Assembly: GCA_965248355.1 (NCBI GenBank)
Contig: OZ252098.1
Coordinates: 992,001-1,056,000, forward strand
Origin: Candidatus Latescibacterota bacterium
GTDB lineage: Bacteria > Latescibacterota > UBA2968 > UBA8231
DNA length: 64,000 nt
Direction: 5' to 3'
The notes beneath the pieces were generated by a model that did no database searches, was not told where the DNA came from, and saw nothing but the letters and a program-made list of their open reading frames with translations. A program made the position numbers and the translations under genes. Shown one piece after another: positions 19,188-28,800 of this stretch; within the stretch, counting starts at the first letter, position 1, and every line of letters begins with the position of its first letter.

Positions 19188-19958
19188 ATTCTGAAGTCTT
19201 TCGACCTGGACGGCCGGATCGTGGCCGTCACCGGCGCCGGCCGGGGGATCGGCCGCACCATCGCCCTGGACGCGGTGCGTGCCGGCGCCCGCGTCGCCGT
19301 GGGCAGTCGGACGGTCAGCGAGTTGGAGAGCCTCAAAGGACGCATCGAGGCCATGGGAGGGGAGTGCTTCGTCCAGGTTCTCGACGTGACCGACGTCGCC
19401 TCTATCGAGGCCTTCTTCGAGGCCGTGGACGACCACTACGAGGGCCTCCATGTCCTGGTCAACAACGCCGGGTACAACAAGCTGGGGAAGATCCTGGACT
19501 ACGACGAGGCTCTCTACGACCTGATCGTCGACACGAATCTGAAGAACGTGTTCTTCTGCAGCCAGGCGGCCGCGAAGCGGATGATCGCCAGGAACATCCG
19601 CGGCAGCATCGTCAACATCTCGTCCCAGGCGGGCGTGGTGGGGGCACCGGAGCGCGGGCCCTATTCGGGAGCCAAAGGCGGGGTCAACAACCTGACCCGG
19701 ACGGCGGCCGCCGAGTGGGCGGAGCACGGAATCCGGGTCAACGCCGTGGCCCCCACGGTGACCCGGTCGCCTCTGGCTCAGAGGGCCATGGAAGACAGCC
19801 AGGCCTTTGCCGACGCCGTGAAGACCAAGAACCTGCTGCGCGGCGACCTGGCCGAGCCGGAGGAGATCTCGGCTCCCGTGATCTTCCTGGCCTCCGATGC
19901 TGCCAGCATGATCACCGGCCACGTCCTCGTGGTCGACGGGGGGTGGACCATCGTCTGA
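19188..19958 (+). CDS. SDR family NAD(P)-dependent oxidoreductase (start codon ambiguous)
   Basis: TGAGRGIG, NNAG, NISS, YSGAK, IRVNAVAP, VDGGW. Confidence 0.92.
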   Translation: MLKSFDLDGRIVAVTGAGRGIGRTIALDAVRAGARVAVGSRTVSELESLKGRIEAMGGECFVQVLDVTDVASIEAFFEAVDDHYEGLHVLVNNAGYNKLGKILDYDEALYDLIVDTNLKNVFFCSQAAAKRMIARNIRGSIVNISSQAGVVGAPERGPYSGAKGGVNNLTRTAAAEWAEHGIRVNAVAPTVTRSPLAQRAMEDSQAFADAVKTKNLLRGDLAEPEEISAPVIFLASDAASMITGHVLVVDGGWTIV

Positions 19959-19999
19959 GGCAGGGTCCAGGCGACGTCGAGCCTGCTCTCCGCCGGACG

Positions 20000-21145
20000 T
20001 CACGGCCGCTCTACTCTCCCAGGTGCGGTCCTCCGCAATCCCTCGCTCTGCCAGCCGCGGCGGTCGTCCAGCATCCCGTCCAGGTCGCGAAGGGCGGAGG
20101 CTACGGCGGCCCGGGGTTCTCGGGCCAAGTCGGCCAGGAGTTCCACGAGTCCGGCCGCGTCCGCCACGGAAATCGCCTCCGGCCGCAGCCCATCCCCGCC
20201 GTGGTTGTGGTAGTTCTCGAGAGGCAGGGCTACCGCTCCCGCGGTGATACCGGCGCGGCACAAGGCCGTCGCTTCGCAGGTCCCACCGTCCATCAGCCGC
20301 CTCTGGTACCGGAATCCGGGCCGCTTCCTCCGCAGTCCTTCGGCCGCCGCGGCCAGGGCTGCGGTGACGGAAGCGTCGAAGACCCAGCGCCGGTCACCGA
20401 CGCGGATGACGGGGCCTTGGCCGAGGGGAGCGCCGGCGCGGCAGGAGGAGCATTCGATGTTGACGTAGAGGGCGCCGGGGTCGAGATGCCCGCCGTCCGC
20501 GGCGGCGAGCATCCCGCCGAAGCCGGTCTCCTCGGCCCGGGTCAGCAGAACGCCGATCCCGTTCCCGTCGGTGTCGTCGGCGCGCAGGAGTTCGAGGACC
20601 GAAAGAGCCACGGCCGCACCGGCCAGATCATCGCAGGCGCGGCCCCGAAGCCTCCGTCCGGACACCTCGAAGCCGGGCAGGTCCCAGGTGGCGAAGGTCC
20701 CTCCTGCCTCGGCCGCGGGAGCCGGGCCGTCCAGGCGCACCCGAAAGGCGGGCCGTGTTCCGGCGTCGCCCGGGACTCCGTCCTCCAGAAAGGCCATGAC
20801 CCGGCCGCTGGCGATCGGCTCGCGGGACTCGTGGCCGTAAGCGAGCACGCGGGCCCCCCGGGTCAACTCGGTTGGAATGCCGCCCAGGGAATGAAAGAAC
20901 CAGTCGCCGCCGTCCCGAGCTGCCAGGGACAGCCCGGGATGGTCGAGGTGAGCGGTGAGGACGATCCCTGGCGGCTCCTTGCCAAGGCGCAGATGGAGGT
21001 TTCCGAAAGGGTCGGCCAGGCAGATCAGGTCGGGCCGCTCTTCGACGAATCGCCGAATCTCCGAGAGGACCAGGTGCTCGTGAAAGGGCGCGGTGGGAAT
21101 GGGGAGGAACCGCCGCGCCATGTGCAGATAGAGATCGGTGTTCAA
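20000..21145 (-). CDS. Cytoplasmic M20/M28/M42-clan zinc metallopeptidase
   Basis: AHLDHPG, RACDDLAG, RAEETG, NIEC, GGTCEA, NYHN: metal ligands intact; no signal peptide. Confidence 0.82.
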   Translation of the reverse strand: MNTDLYLHMARRFLPIPTAPFHEHLVLSEIRRFVEERPDLICLADPFGNLHLRLGKEPPGIVLTAHLDHPGLSLAARDGGDWFFHSLGGIPTELTRGARVLAYGHESREPIASGRVMAFLEDGVPGDAGTRPAFRVRLDGPAPAAEAGGTFATWDLPGFEVSGRRLRGRACDDLAGAAVALSVLELLRADDTDGNGIGVLLTRAEETGFGGMLAAADGGHLDPGALYVNIECSSCRAGAPLGQGPVIRVGDRRWVFDASVTAALAAAAEGLRRKRPGFRYQRRLMDGGTCEATALCRAGITAGAVALPLENYHNHGGDGLRPEAISVADAAGLVELLADLAREPRAAVASALRDLDGMLDDRRGWQSEGLRRTAPGRVERP

Positions 21146-21213
21146 GGGGCTCGCCTTCCGCGGAGGAGAACTGGTTCGAAAGGGTATCCGGCGGCGGTCC
21201 GGGGTCAAGCGGA

Positions 21214-21243
21214 TTGCTCCCGGGGAATCGCGTCGACTACCTT
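21214..21243 (+). promoter_or_regulatory. Putative promoter of first OPT-like paralog
   Basis: TTGCTC-18 bp-TACCTT; conserved with the copy at 23591. Confidence 0.5.
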
Positions 21244-21278
21244 GAGACGCTCCTGGCGGTCAGGAGGCCCGAGGCCGA

Positions 21279-23435
21279 GTGAGAAGAGGGATTCCACAGG
21301 AGTACAGCGACCATCTGGCCACGCGCCGGGAGCGCGTGCTGGGAGGGAGCGGCGAGCGCCTCTCCTTCCGCGCCTTCTGGGTCGGCGGCTTCCTGGCGTT
21401 CTTCCTGGCCGTGGGCGCCCCCTACGGCAACATGATCATCCGCGGGTCCTACATGGCCCTCGACTTCAGCACCCCCGGGGCCATCTTCCTGTTCCTCTTC
21501 CTGATCGGTCTTCTCAACTGCGCTTTCAAGCTCGCCCGTCAACCTTCCGTGGCCATCGGCCTCGCCGGCTCGGCCACGGCGGCGTGGCTGGTGGTCTACG
21601 GGCCGGCCATCACCGACCTCGACTTCTACTCTCCGGGTCTGATGCTGGCCACCTTCCTGGTGCTGACCACGTGGCTCAACCTGCCCGTGGTGCTCCGCGG
21701 CGGAAGCCTGGCCCTGAACCGCTCGGAGCTGGTGCTGGTCTACGCCATGCTGCTCATCGTCTCGGCCTTGTGCACCATGGGCCTGGGCGAGCAGATCCTG
21801 CCCGTCATCACGGCGATCTTCTACTTCGCCTCACCGGAGAACCAGTGGACGGAGAAGCTCTTTCCCCATCTGCCGTCGCGGGCCATGGTCGACGACGGCA
21901 CGGACAGCCGGCTGTTCTACGAGGGACTGTCCGGTCCGGAGGACGTGATACCGTACGCGTCCTGGGTGGAGCCCCTTCTGTGGTGGGGGATCTTTCTGCT
22001 GGCCCTGTACGTGATGATGGTCTCGGTGGCGGTGATTCTGCGCCGCCAGTGGATGGAGCGGGAGCGACTGGCCTACCCGATCGCGCAGGTGGGCCTGTCC
22101 ATGATCCGCTCAGAGCACCCCGACCAGGCGGTCAACGGGTTCTTCAAGCAGCCGGTCATGTGGATGGGGGCGGCCCTGCCCCTTGTCGTCGGCAGCCTGA
22201 AGGCCCTGAACCGCTACTACTCCGCAGTGCCGGTCCCGCCTACGACATGGTCCCTGCCCTTCCTGGGCTACCAGACCCTGCAGCTGACGATCAGCTTCGC
22301 CATGCTCGGGTTCTCCTACTTCATCAACGCCAACATCGCCGCCGGCATCTGGTTCTTCCACCTGTTCTCGAAGGTGGAGAAGCACGCGCTTCTGTTCACG
22401 GGGCTGCAGTCGACCCAAAAAATCACCTTCGGCGTCTCCGACTACCCCTTCCTCGGCTACCAGGGGGTGGGAGCGCTGTTGGCCATGGTGGTCGTCGGCC
22501 TGTGGGTGGGCCGCGAGCACTATTGGCGGGTGCTGCTCAAGGCCGTCGGCCGCGCCCCCGAGGTCAGGGACGACGACGAGATCCTCTCCTACCGGAGCGC
22601 CGTGGCCGGCGGCGCGGGCGGCACTGCCGTCATGGCGTGGTGGCTGTGGTTCATGGGGACTCCCCTGTGGGTGGCCCTGGTGTTCGTCGTCCTGGCCATT
22701 CTGATCTTCATCGGCATCACCCGGATCGTGACCGAGGCCGGCCTGGCGGCCATCCGCGCGCCGATGATCGCAAGCGAGCTGGTGGTCCAGGGGATGGGGT
22801 CCTCCCTGGTTGGCCCCGCGGGGGTGATGAACCTCTCGCTGACCTACATCTGGGCTGCCGACATCCGCGTCTTCGTCATGGCCACGTCCTCCAACGCGCT
22901 GAAGATGATCGAGGAGATGGAGCCCCGGAACCGCCGCATCGTGTTCTGGGCCATGATCGCCGCCATGTTCATCGGGGCCGCCGGGTCCTTGTGGATGATC
23001 TTCCACATGGCCTACCGCCACGGGGGCATCAACCTGGAGAGCTGGTTCTTCCAGGGGCTGCCCCGGACCGCGTACGACGCCGCCGTGCGCAACATCGAGC
23101 CCCAGGGGGCCTACTGGCCGGGGCTGGGCTTCTTCGGCGGAGGCATCGGCGCCATGGTGGCCATGATGTGGCTGCGCCAGCGCCTGCCCTGCTGGCCCGT
23201 CCACCCCATCGGCTTCCCCATAGGCGCCAACAGCATGATGAACTACGTCTGGTTCAACGTCTTCGTGGCGTGGATCGTCAAACGCACGGTGCTGCGCTAC
23301 GGGGGTGCCAGCGCCTACCACGGCAGCCAGCACTTCTTTCTGGGACTGATCGCCGGCCAGGTCCTGTGCAACGGCTTGTGGCTGGTGATCGACTACTTCA
23401 CCGGCAAGGTGGGCAACTCCATCTTCTGGGTATGA
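21279..23435 (+). CDS. Polytopic membrane protein, OPT-superfamily-like (probably DUF6785/DUF6784 type), paralog 1
   Basis: 718 aa, many hydrophobic helices; RRQWMERERLAYP, TRIVTEAG, WPVHPIG, RYGG..Y...FFLGLIAG. Confidence 0.8.
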   Translation: MRRGIPQEYSDHLATRRERVLGGSGERLSFRAFWVGGFLAFFLAVGAPYGNMIIRGSYMALDFSTPGAIFLFLFLIGLLNCAFKLARQPSVAIGLAGSATAAWLVVYGPAITDLDFYSPGLMLATFLVLTTWLNLPVVLRGGSLALNRSELVLVYAMLLIVSALCTMGLGEQILPVITAIFYFASPENQWTEKLFPHLPSRAMVDDGTDSRLFYEGLSGPEDVIPYASWVEPLLWWGIFLLALYVMMVSVAVILRRQWMERERLAYPIAQVGLSMIRSEHPDQAVNGFFKQPVMWMGAALPLVVGSLKALNRYYSAVPVPPTTWSLPFLGYQTLQLTISFAMLGFSYFINANIAAGIWFFHLFSKVEKHALLFTGLQSTQKITFGVSDYPFLGYQGVGALLAMVVVGLWVGREHYWRVLLKAVGRAPEVRDDDEILSYRSAVAGGAGGTAVMAWWLWFMGTPLWVALVFVVLAILIFIGITRIVTEAGLAAIRAPMIASELVVQGMGSSLVGPAGVMNLSLTYIWAADIRVFVMATSSNALKMIEEMEPRNRRIVFWAMIAAMFIGAAGSLWMIFHMAYRHGGINLESWFFQGLPRTAYDAAVRNIEPQGAYWPGLGFFGGGIGAMVAMMWLRQRLPCWPVHPIGFPIGANSMMNYVWFNVFVAWIVKRTVLRYGGASAYHGSQHFFLGLIAGQVLCNGLWLVIDYFTGKVGNSIFWV

Positions 23436-23590
23436 TGACCAGCCGCGGTCGAGCGCCATCGAGGTACGGCCGTCGGGGCCGGGCACCACCTGAGGGTTGC
23501 GGGACATGGCGCAATCCGGGTTCCGTCGGGCCCTCACGCGGGCACCGATGTCACCAGGGCTATCCGGTCGACGCCGCCGGGCCGGGTGAA

Positions 23591-23620
23591 TTGCACTGGG
23601 AGAACCGCGGCGACTACCTT
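23591..23620 (+). promoter_or_regulatory. Putative promoter of second OPT-like paralog
   Basis: TTGCAC-18 bp-TACCTT followed by GAG-CGCT, as upstream of paralog 1. Confidence 0.5.
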
Positions 23621-23658
23621 GAGCCGCTCTCCTGCGTGGTACGGAGGCCAGGGACGAG

Positions 23659-25815
23659 TTGAAGAGAGGGATACCCCAGCAGTACGAGGACCATCTCTCC
23701 GCGCGCCTCGAGCGCATGCTGGGCGGGAGCGGCGAGCGCCTCTCCTTCCGTGCCTTCTGGATCGGCGGCTTCCTCTCCTTCTTCCTGGCCGTGGGCGCCC
23801 CCTACGGCAACATGATCATCCGGGGCTCCTTCATGGCCCTCGACTTCAGCACCCCCGGGGCCATCTTCCTGTTCCTGTTCCTCATCGGTCTTCTCAACAG
23901 CGCCTTCAAGCTCGCCCGGCGGCCTCCCGTGGCCCTCGGTCTCGCCGCCTCGTCCACGGCGGCGTGGCTGGTGGTCTACAGGCCGGCCATCACCGACTTC
24001 GACCTCTACTCCCCCGGTCTGATGATGGCCACCTTCCTGGTGGTGACCACCTGGCTCAACCTGCCCGTGGTGCTCCGCGGCGGCAGCCTGGCCCTGAACC
24101 GCTCGGAGCTGGTCCTGGTCTACGCCATGCTGGTCATCGTCTCGGCCCTGTGCACCATGGGCCTGACCGAGCAGATCCTGCCCATCATCACGGCCATTTT
24201 CTACTTCGCCTCGCCGGGGAACCAGTGGGCCGAGAAGCTCTTCCCGCACCTGCCGGAGCGGGTGATGGTCGACGACGGCACGGACAGCCGCCAGTTCTAC
24301 GAGGGCCTCTCCGGTCCGGAGGAGACGGTTCCCTATGGGGCCTGGGTGGAGCCGCTCGTGTGGTGGGGGATCTTCCTGCTGGCCCTGTACGTGATGATGG
24401 TCTCGGTAGCGGTGATTCTGCGCCGCCAGTGGATGGAGCGGGAGCGCCTGGCCTACCCGATCGCGCAGGTGGGCCTGTCCATGATCCGCTCCGAGTACCC
24501 CGACCGGGCGGTCAACGGGTTCTTCAAGCAGCCGGTCATGTGGCTGGGGGCGGCCCTGCCCCTGGTCACCGGCAGCCTGAGGGGCCTGAGCTTCTATGAG
24601 GCGGTCGTGCCCACGACGCGTCTGGAGTGGCATCTCCCCTTCATCGGCCGCCAGACCCTGCATCTGAGCGTCAACTTCGCCGTCCTCGGGTTCTCCTACT
24701 TCATCAACGCCAACATCGCCGCCGGCATCTGGTTCTTCCATCTCCTCTCGACTGCGGAAAAGCAGTTGCTCATCCTCACCGGGCTGCAGTCGTCCCAGAA
24801 GATCGGTCTCGGCGTCTCCGACTACCCCTTCCTCGGGTACCAGGGGGTGGGGGCGCTGCTGGCCATGGTGGTGGTCGGCCTGTGGGTGGGCCGCGAGCAC
24901 TACTGGCGGGTCCTGCGCAAGGCCGTCGGCCGGGCCCCCGAAGTCCGCGACGACGACGAGATCCTCTCCTACCGGGGCGCCGTGGCCGGGGCCCTGGGAG
25001 GCACCGCCGTCATGACGGCCTGGCTGTGGTACATGGGGACCCCCTTGTGGGTAGCCCTGCTCTTTCTGCTCGTGGCGGTCCTGATCTTCATCGGAATCAC
25101 GCGGATCGTGACCGAGGCCGGCCTGTCGGTCGTCCGCGGGCCGATGATCGCCGGCGACCTCGTGGTCCAGGGAGTCGGTTCCTCCCTGATCGGCCCCGCG
25201 GGGGTGATGAACCTCGCCTTGGCCCACGTCTGGGCCGCCGACATCCGTGTCTTCGTCATGGGCACGGCCTCCAACGCCCTGAAGATGATCGAGGAGATGG
25301 AGCCCCGGAACCGCCGCACCGTGTTCTGGTCCATGATCGCCGCCCTCTTCATCGGCGCCGCTGGCTCCATGTGGATGATCTTCCACATGGCCTATCTCCA
25401 CGGGGCCATCAACCTGAACGGCTGGTTTTTCCAGGGGCTGCCTAGGTACGCCTACGATGCGGCCCTGCGCAACATGGAGCCCCAGGGGACGTACTGGCCC
25501 GGGCTGGGCTTCTTCGGCGGCGGGGCCGGCGCCATGGTCACCCTCATGTGGCTGCGCCAGCGCCTGCCCTGGTGGCCCGTCCATCCCATCGGTCTATCCA
25601 TCGCCGCCACGCCCATGATGAACCGCCTCTGGTTCAACGTCTTCCTGGCCTGGGCGGTCAAGCGAGCCGTCCTGCGGTACGGCGGCGCCACCGGCTACCA
25701 GAGGAGCCAGCCCTTTTTTCTCGGGCTGATCAGCGGCCAGGTCCTGTGCAGTGGAGGCTGGCTGGTGATCGACTACTTCACCGGCAGGGTGGGCAACTAC
25801 CTTTACGAGATATGA
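23659..25815 (+). CDS. Polytopic membrane protein, OPT-superfamily-like, paralog 2 (tandem duplicate)
   Basis: 718 aa, colinear with 21279-23435; stop overlaps the ATG of the next gene (ATGA). Confidence 0.8.
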   Translation: MKRGIPQQYEDHLSARLERMLGGSGERLSFRAFWIGGFLSFFLAVGAPYGNMIIRGSFMALDFSTPGAIFLFLFLIGLLNSAFKLARRPPVALGLAASSTAAWLVVYRPAITDFDLYSPGLMMATFLVVTTWLNLPVVLRGGSLALNRSELVLVYAMLVIVSALCTMGLTEQILPIITAIFYFASPGNQWAEKLFPHLPERVMVDDGTDSRQFYEGLSGPEETVPYGAWVEPLVWWGIFLLALYVMMVSVAVILRRQWMERERLAYPIAQVGLSMIRSEYPDRAVNGFFKQPVMWLGAALPLVTGSLRGLSFYEAVVPTTRLEWHLPFIGRQTLHLSVNFAVLGFSYFINANIAAGIWFFHLLSTAEKQLLILTGLQSSQKIGLGVSDYPFLGYQGVGALLAMVVVGLWVGREHYWRVLRKAVGRAPEVRDDDEILSYRGAVAGALGGTAVMTAWLWYMGTPLWVALLFLLVAVLIFIGITRIVTEAGLSVVRGPMIAGDLVVQGVGSSLIGPAGVMNLALAHVWAADIRVFVMGTASNALKMIEEMEPRNRRTVFWSMIAALFIGAAGSMWMIFHMAYLHGAINLNGWFFQGLPRYAYDAALRNMEPQGTYWPGLGFFGGGAGAMVTLMWLRQRLPWWPVHPIGLSIAATPMMNRLWFNVFLAWAVKRAVLRYGGATGYQRSQPFFLGLISGQVLCSGGWLVIDYFTGRVGNYLYEI

Positions 25816-28800
25816 CGGGACCCGGCTCCAGATTCCTTGTTGCGGCCATGGCCTGGCTGCTGCTGACAGCCCCGGCCTCTGCGGACGGCCCCGACTTGTG
25901 GGCTGTCGCCGATGAGGGGGAGCGTCTGCGGGCGAGCGTGGAGTACCTGTCCACGGTCGGCTCCCGCATCAGCGGACACGAGGGCGCCCAGCGGGCCTCG
26001 GACTGGATCGAGCGGCAGCTGTCGACGCTGGGGTTGGGCCCGGTGCACCGAGAGTCGTTCCAGATCACCGTGCCGGTGGAGTTGGGCGGGCGCAGCCGCC
26101 TGCAGGTCCTCGAGACCGGCGAGGAGCTCGACATCTACGGGCTGTGGCCGAACGGCCCGCGAACGACGACCACCCCGCCCGGAGGCACGGAAGGCCTGCT
26201 CACCTGGGCCGGGGGCGGCGAGTACGCCGACTTCGAGGGGCGGCCGCTGCAGGGCCGCGTGGTGCTGATGGAGTTCAACACCTGGGACCGCTGGGTCCGG
26301 CTGGCGGCCCTCGGGGCCCGGGCCGTGATCTTCATCGAGCCCGAAGAGACCTCCTACCCGCAGACCGAGGACAAGAGCCTCATGGTGCCGGTGGACGTGC
26401 CGCGGTTCTGGATCGACGCAGAGGCGGGCCGGCGGCTTCAGCGGAGATTGCAGGGCGGAGACGAGATCGGCGTCCGCCTGCACAGCCGGATGGACTGGCT
26501 CGAGCGGCCCTGCTCCAACCTCTGGGTCGAGATCAGCGGCGCCGATACGGACCTGGCCGGGCAGCGGATCGTCGTTCAGAGCTACTTCGACGGGACCTCC
26601 ATCGCGCCCTCCCTGGCGCCCTCGGCCGAGGTCTCCAGCGGCGCGGCTGCGATGCTGGAGCTGGCCCGGTACCTGCGGGACCATCCGCCCGCCCGGACGG
26701 TGGTTCTCCTGCTAACGGGCTCCCACTTCCAGGACCGGGCGGGGATCGTCGACTTCCTTGAGCGTCACACCCGCAAGTCCGACTACTACGCTCCTCTCAC
26801 AGACTCGATGGCCGTCGATCTCTTCCTCGGTCTCGACCTGTCCACCAAGACGGATCAGGTGGCCATCTGGAACAACACATCCAGCTTCGATCTCAAGCGG
26901 TTCTACGTCCCCTTCGGGCGGCGGTACACCAGGTACGCCGAGGAGGCGGCCGTCGAACTCGGACGGGCCGGCGAGCCATTGCTGTTGAACGGGATCAGTC
27001 CCATCCGCGGAATGGACTGGTCCACCTTCGTCCCCGACGGCGTCCGCGTCGACGCCCGCATGGCCCTGCGCGCCGGCCAGGTCGCCCTCTCCTTCGTCAC
27101 CGCTCACGACGCCCGCTTTCCCGTGGCCACCCCCCTCGACACGCCCGAGCGCATGAATCTGGACAACCTCCGGAGTCAGTCGCGCTTCCTCAACCGGGTA
27201 CTCTCCCGGTCCTTCGACGACCCGGACCTGTTCACCGGACTCGAGGACTTCGATCCCGTGCTCAAGGACGAGCTGCGCACGCACACCGTTCGGGTGCGGG
27301 GCTTTCCGCGCCGCAGCCAGATCCCCGACCGGCCGGTGGCCGACGCCCTGGTGATGGTGGGGCGGTGGACGCACAAGGGCGTGAACACGAGCCGCGCGTA
27401 CCTCACCGGCGAGCTGGGCGTCGCCACCGTGTCGGGACTGGTCGTCGGGGCCACCTCGGTGGTGGCCCATGTCCTCGACCGGGAGACGGGAGAAGTCGTC
27501 TACGCGCCGGACCTGAGCGAGCGCGCCCAGAAGCACCACGGCAAGCCGCTCGCGAGCGGCCGCATGAACTGGAGCATCCGCTGGAACAAGGACAGCAAGC
27601 CCATCGTCGTGTTCCCGAGCATCCAGAGGACCCTCTTCGGGCTGACCCATCCCAACCAGCTGATCGGGCTGGCCTCCCTGAAGATGATCGACAGCGGCGG
27701 CATCGCGCCTCGCCAGTTCGGGTACGCCTTCGGCCACACCATGAGCAGCAACCTCTGCGTCGTCTTCGCGCCCCAGGAGGCGGCCGCCGAGGATCCCCGC
27801 CTGAAGATGCTCTTCGGGGACATGCTGCTCATCAACAGCCCCGGGGGTACGTCGGAGAAGGAGGCCAAGGGCACCGGCTACGACCTGGCGGTGGACGACC
27901 TGCTGCCCTCCGAGCTCTTCGCCCTGCGGGACACCTGGAGGCTCAACGACGCCCGTCTGGCCACGATGCGCTCCCACGCCATTGAGAACCAGCGAATCAG
28001 CCGGTTGCACGAGGCGGGCCGGCGGTTCCTGGCCTCCGCCGAGAAAGCGCTCGAGGAGGGCCGCTGGCGCGACTACGTGGCCGAGGTCCGGTCGGGCCTC
28101 GGGGTGACCCTGCGCGCCTATCCCCAGGTGAAGGGAACCCTCAACGACGTGATCAAGGGCATCGTCTTCTTCCTGGCCCTGGTCATGCCCACGGCCTTCT
28201 TCGGCGAGCGCCTGCTCTTCGCGGCGGCCGACATCCGCTGGCAGCTCGGGGGCTTCGCCCTTCTGCTCCTGATCGTGTGGACGCTGATCTCCCAGGTCCA
28301 TCCGGCCTTCGACATCGCCCATCCCCTGATCATCCTGCTGGCCTTCTTCATCATGGTCATGGCCGTCTTCGTGATGGCCATGGTCTCGAGCCGGTTCAAC
28401 CGGTTCCTCAAGGAGTACCAGGCCGAGAAGGCGAAGGTCCACCAGACCGACATCAGCCGGGTCAGCGCCACCTACGCCGCTTTCATGCTCGGCATCTCGA
28501 ACATGCGCAGGCGCAGGCTGCGCACCGGACTGACCCTGCTCACCCTGACCTTGCTCACCTTCACGGTCCTGTCCTTCACCTCCTTCCGGCCGGAGATGTG
28601 GTATTTCGTCTTTCCCCTCCGCCACGAGGGATCGTACACGGGGGCCCTGATCCGGGACCGCGGCTGGAGCTCTCTGTCGGAGACCACCCTCGAGTACGCC
28701 CGCTCCCACTTCGAGGAGCATGGCCAGGTGGTCCCGCGGAACTGGTACATCACCTACGACGACGAGGAGAAGAAGTACACGGAGATCCGGCGGGACAGCC

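Larger units (their letters stand above)
21181..25815 (+). repeat. Diverged tandem duplication (~2.3 kb unit including upstream region)
   Basis: Long identical DNA stretches shared by 21181-23435 and ~23556-25815. Confidence 0.9.

Noticed and set aside
19181..23662. 1493-aa plus-strand ORF
   Set aside because: Alternate-frame/antisense shadow across three real genes; R/P/G-rich with no motifs, as expected from high-GC codon bias.
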